Shown: positions 31,130-32,000 of the stretch, piece after piece
Position numbering within the stretch: position 1 is the first letter of the stretch
Layout of the letters: the number at the start of each line of letters is the position of its first letter
Origin: Bhargavaea cecembensis
GTDB lineage: Bacteria; Bacillota; Bacilli; Bacillales_A; Planococcaceae
Assembly (NCBI RefSeq): GCF_001619585.1
Contig: NZ_LQNT01000009.1
Location: 1,162,685 to 1,194,684, forward strand
Length of the DNA stretch: 32,000 bases
Direction of reading: 5' to 3'
Made by a program: the position numbers and the translations under genes
Notes under the pieces: generated by a model
What the model was told of the DNA's origin: nothing
What the model saw: only the letters and a program-made list of their open reading frames with translations
Database searches by the model: none

Positions 31130-32000
31130 CTACATGGATTCCACTGCTTTCCCTGCGGTATCCTGCCTGCCGAACGCGAATCTGAGGAACAACGGGACCA
31201 GGAACAGGATAAAGAATACGCGGAACAGCTGGTAGGCCGCTACCATTGAGACATCCGCCCCGACTTCGTGGGCGGTCACCCCCATCTCCGGCAGCCCGCC
31301 CGGCGCGATGCACAGGAAGGCGGTCGCCATGGACATCGGGTGGATCAGGTGCAGGATATAGGCGAGCAGAAGGGCAAATCCGACCATGAGCGCACCTGAA
31401 ACGAGGGAAAACGGCAACAGCTTTCTCCAGTCTTTCAGCATGTCCAGCCTGATGCCGAGACCGAGGTAAACCCCCAACAGCAGCTGCGCGGCCACCATCA
31501 GCAGAGGGGGTAGATGGGGTGCCGGAAAACCGCTCACCGTCAGGATCGCCGCCGTGATCAGCGGCCCGAGAATCCAGGGTGTCGGAAACCTAAGGCGCAG
31601 TGCCAGTGTCGTGCCGGCAAAAACAGCAATCACGGCCATCAGTAAGTACATCAGGCCGCCGCCGGATACCGTCTGCTCCGCATCAGCTGCAGATGCAGTG
31701 ATCCCGCTGCCCGCTCCACCCGCAAAAGCAAACGTGGTCAACATCGGTACCATGAACGTGACGGCAAGCATCCGGATCGTCTGCATAAAAGTGACGATCG
31801 TCGGGTCGGCTCCCCTGATCTCTTCACTCAGCATAGTCATCTGGGACAAGCCGCCGGGCGTCGTTCCCATGACAGCGCTTGGCGTATTTACGCCGGTCAT
31901 TCTGGAGGCGAGAAAGGCGATTCCAAGACCAAAAACCACCATGAGCACGGTGCTCACTGTCATGGAAGGCAGCTGGCCCGCGATCTGCGCTGCGCTATCT
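31130..32000 (-). CDS. AbrB-family (COG3180, 'putative ammonia monooxygenase'-like) duplicated membrane protein; N-terminus outside the window
   Basis: Polytopic, with two internal repeats, each carrying the PGG motif (TTPGGLSQMTMLSEE and IAPGGLPEMGVTAHE). The frame stays open upstream of the Met at 31963 up to the window edge. Confidence 0.7.
   Translation of the reverse strand, partial: DSAAQIAGQLPSMTVSTVLMVVFGLGIAFLASRMTGVNTPSAVMGTTPGGLSQMTMLSEEIRGADPTIVTFMQTIRMLAVTFMVPMLTTFAFAGGAGSGITASAADAEQTVSGGGLMYLLMAVIAVFAGTTLALRLRFPTPWILGPLITAAILTVSGFPAPHLPPLLMVAAQLLLGVYLGLGIRLDMLKDWRKLLPFSLVSGALMVGFALLLAYILHLIHPMSMATAFLCIAPGGLPEMGVTAHEVGADVSMVAAYQLFRVFFILFLVPLFLRFAFGRQDTAGKAVESM

Noticed and set aside
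31088-31249. An unannotated 53-codon plus-strand ORF (MAKKNTREARVSNLLHGFHCFPCG...) with a near-ideal SD (GGAGGGGG 8 nt before the ATG) and a CxxC pair
   Set aside because: 120 nt of it is antisense to the 3' end of the AbrB-family gene. Codons 5-11 are the terminator hairpin of that gene, and I find no convincing promoter. The G-rich SD-like run may be coincidental. It is worth only a quick check by conservation or ribosome profiling.
1-32000. Defence islands, prophage or mobile-element content, and horizontal-transfer signatures
   Set aside because: I saw no integrase, transposase, recombinase, restriction-modification, nuclease/helicase-type defence or phage structural genes. I also saw no tRNA attachment sites or flanking direct repeats. 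Base composition looks uniform apart from the AT-rich promoter gaps.

Overview
The window looks like ordinary chromosome from a Bacillales-type Firmicute of about 55% GC. That placement is inferred from GGAGG Shine-Dalgarno sites, a ykkCD pair behind a guanidine-I riboswitch, a BceAB-type transporter, YczE, and sigmaA-like promoters. I see no integrase, transposase, phage, CRISPR, toxin-antitoxin or recognisable defence genes, and no rRNA or tRNA.

Gene content, left to right:
- A LacI-controlled operon with a split transketolase and an SDR (1-3400).
- A class I ribonucleotide reductase operon, nrdE-flavodoxin-nrdF (3453-7323). Its roughly 640-nt leader carries tandem NrdR boxes, a cobalamin riboswitch with its terminator, and a phase-locked 21-bp repeat array.
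- A GntR-controlled operon: GarR-like dehydrogenase, DUF1537 acid-sugar kinase, GntP permease (8190-12665).
- A small membrane protein.
- A guanidine-I riboswitch with a paired SMR exporter.
- A lone NtaA/DszA-type flavin monooxygenase.
- A BceAB-type ABC transporter with no adjacent two-component system.
- YczE-like and PhnB/VOC-like genes.
- YeeE/YeeD (a thiosulfate uptake pair).
- A ROK-regulated operon of an Fe3+/Afu-type ABC importer ending in an argininosuccinate-lyase paralog (21544-28227).
- An 832-aa secreted PIG-L/LmbE-domain protein.
- A truncated AbrB-family membrane protein.

The most unusual things I can actually see:
1. A family of strictly 21-bp-phased direct repeats at four intergenic sites, with about 14 units inside the nrdE leader.
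2. A canonical flavodoxin, rather than NrdI, between the RNR alpha and beta genes, under combined NrdR and B12 control.
3. An ArgH paralog coupled to an importer, a zinc-motif-less ROK regulator and a secreted deacetylase.
4. A GarR-like plus DUF1537 kinase cassette lacking the other known tetronate-pathway enzymes.

All functional calls come from by-eye motif and family recognition. No database search was run.
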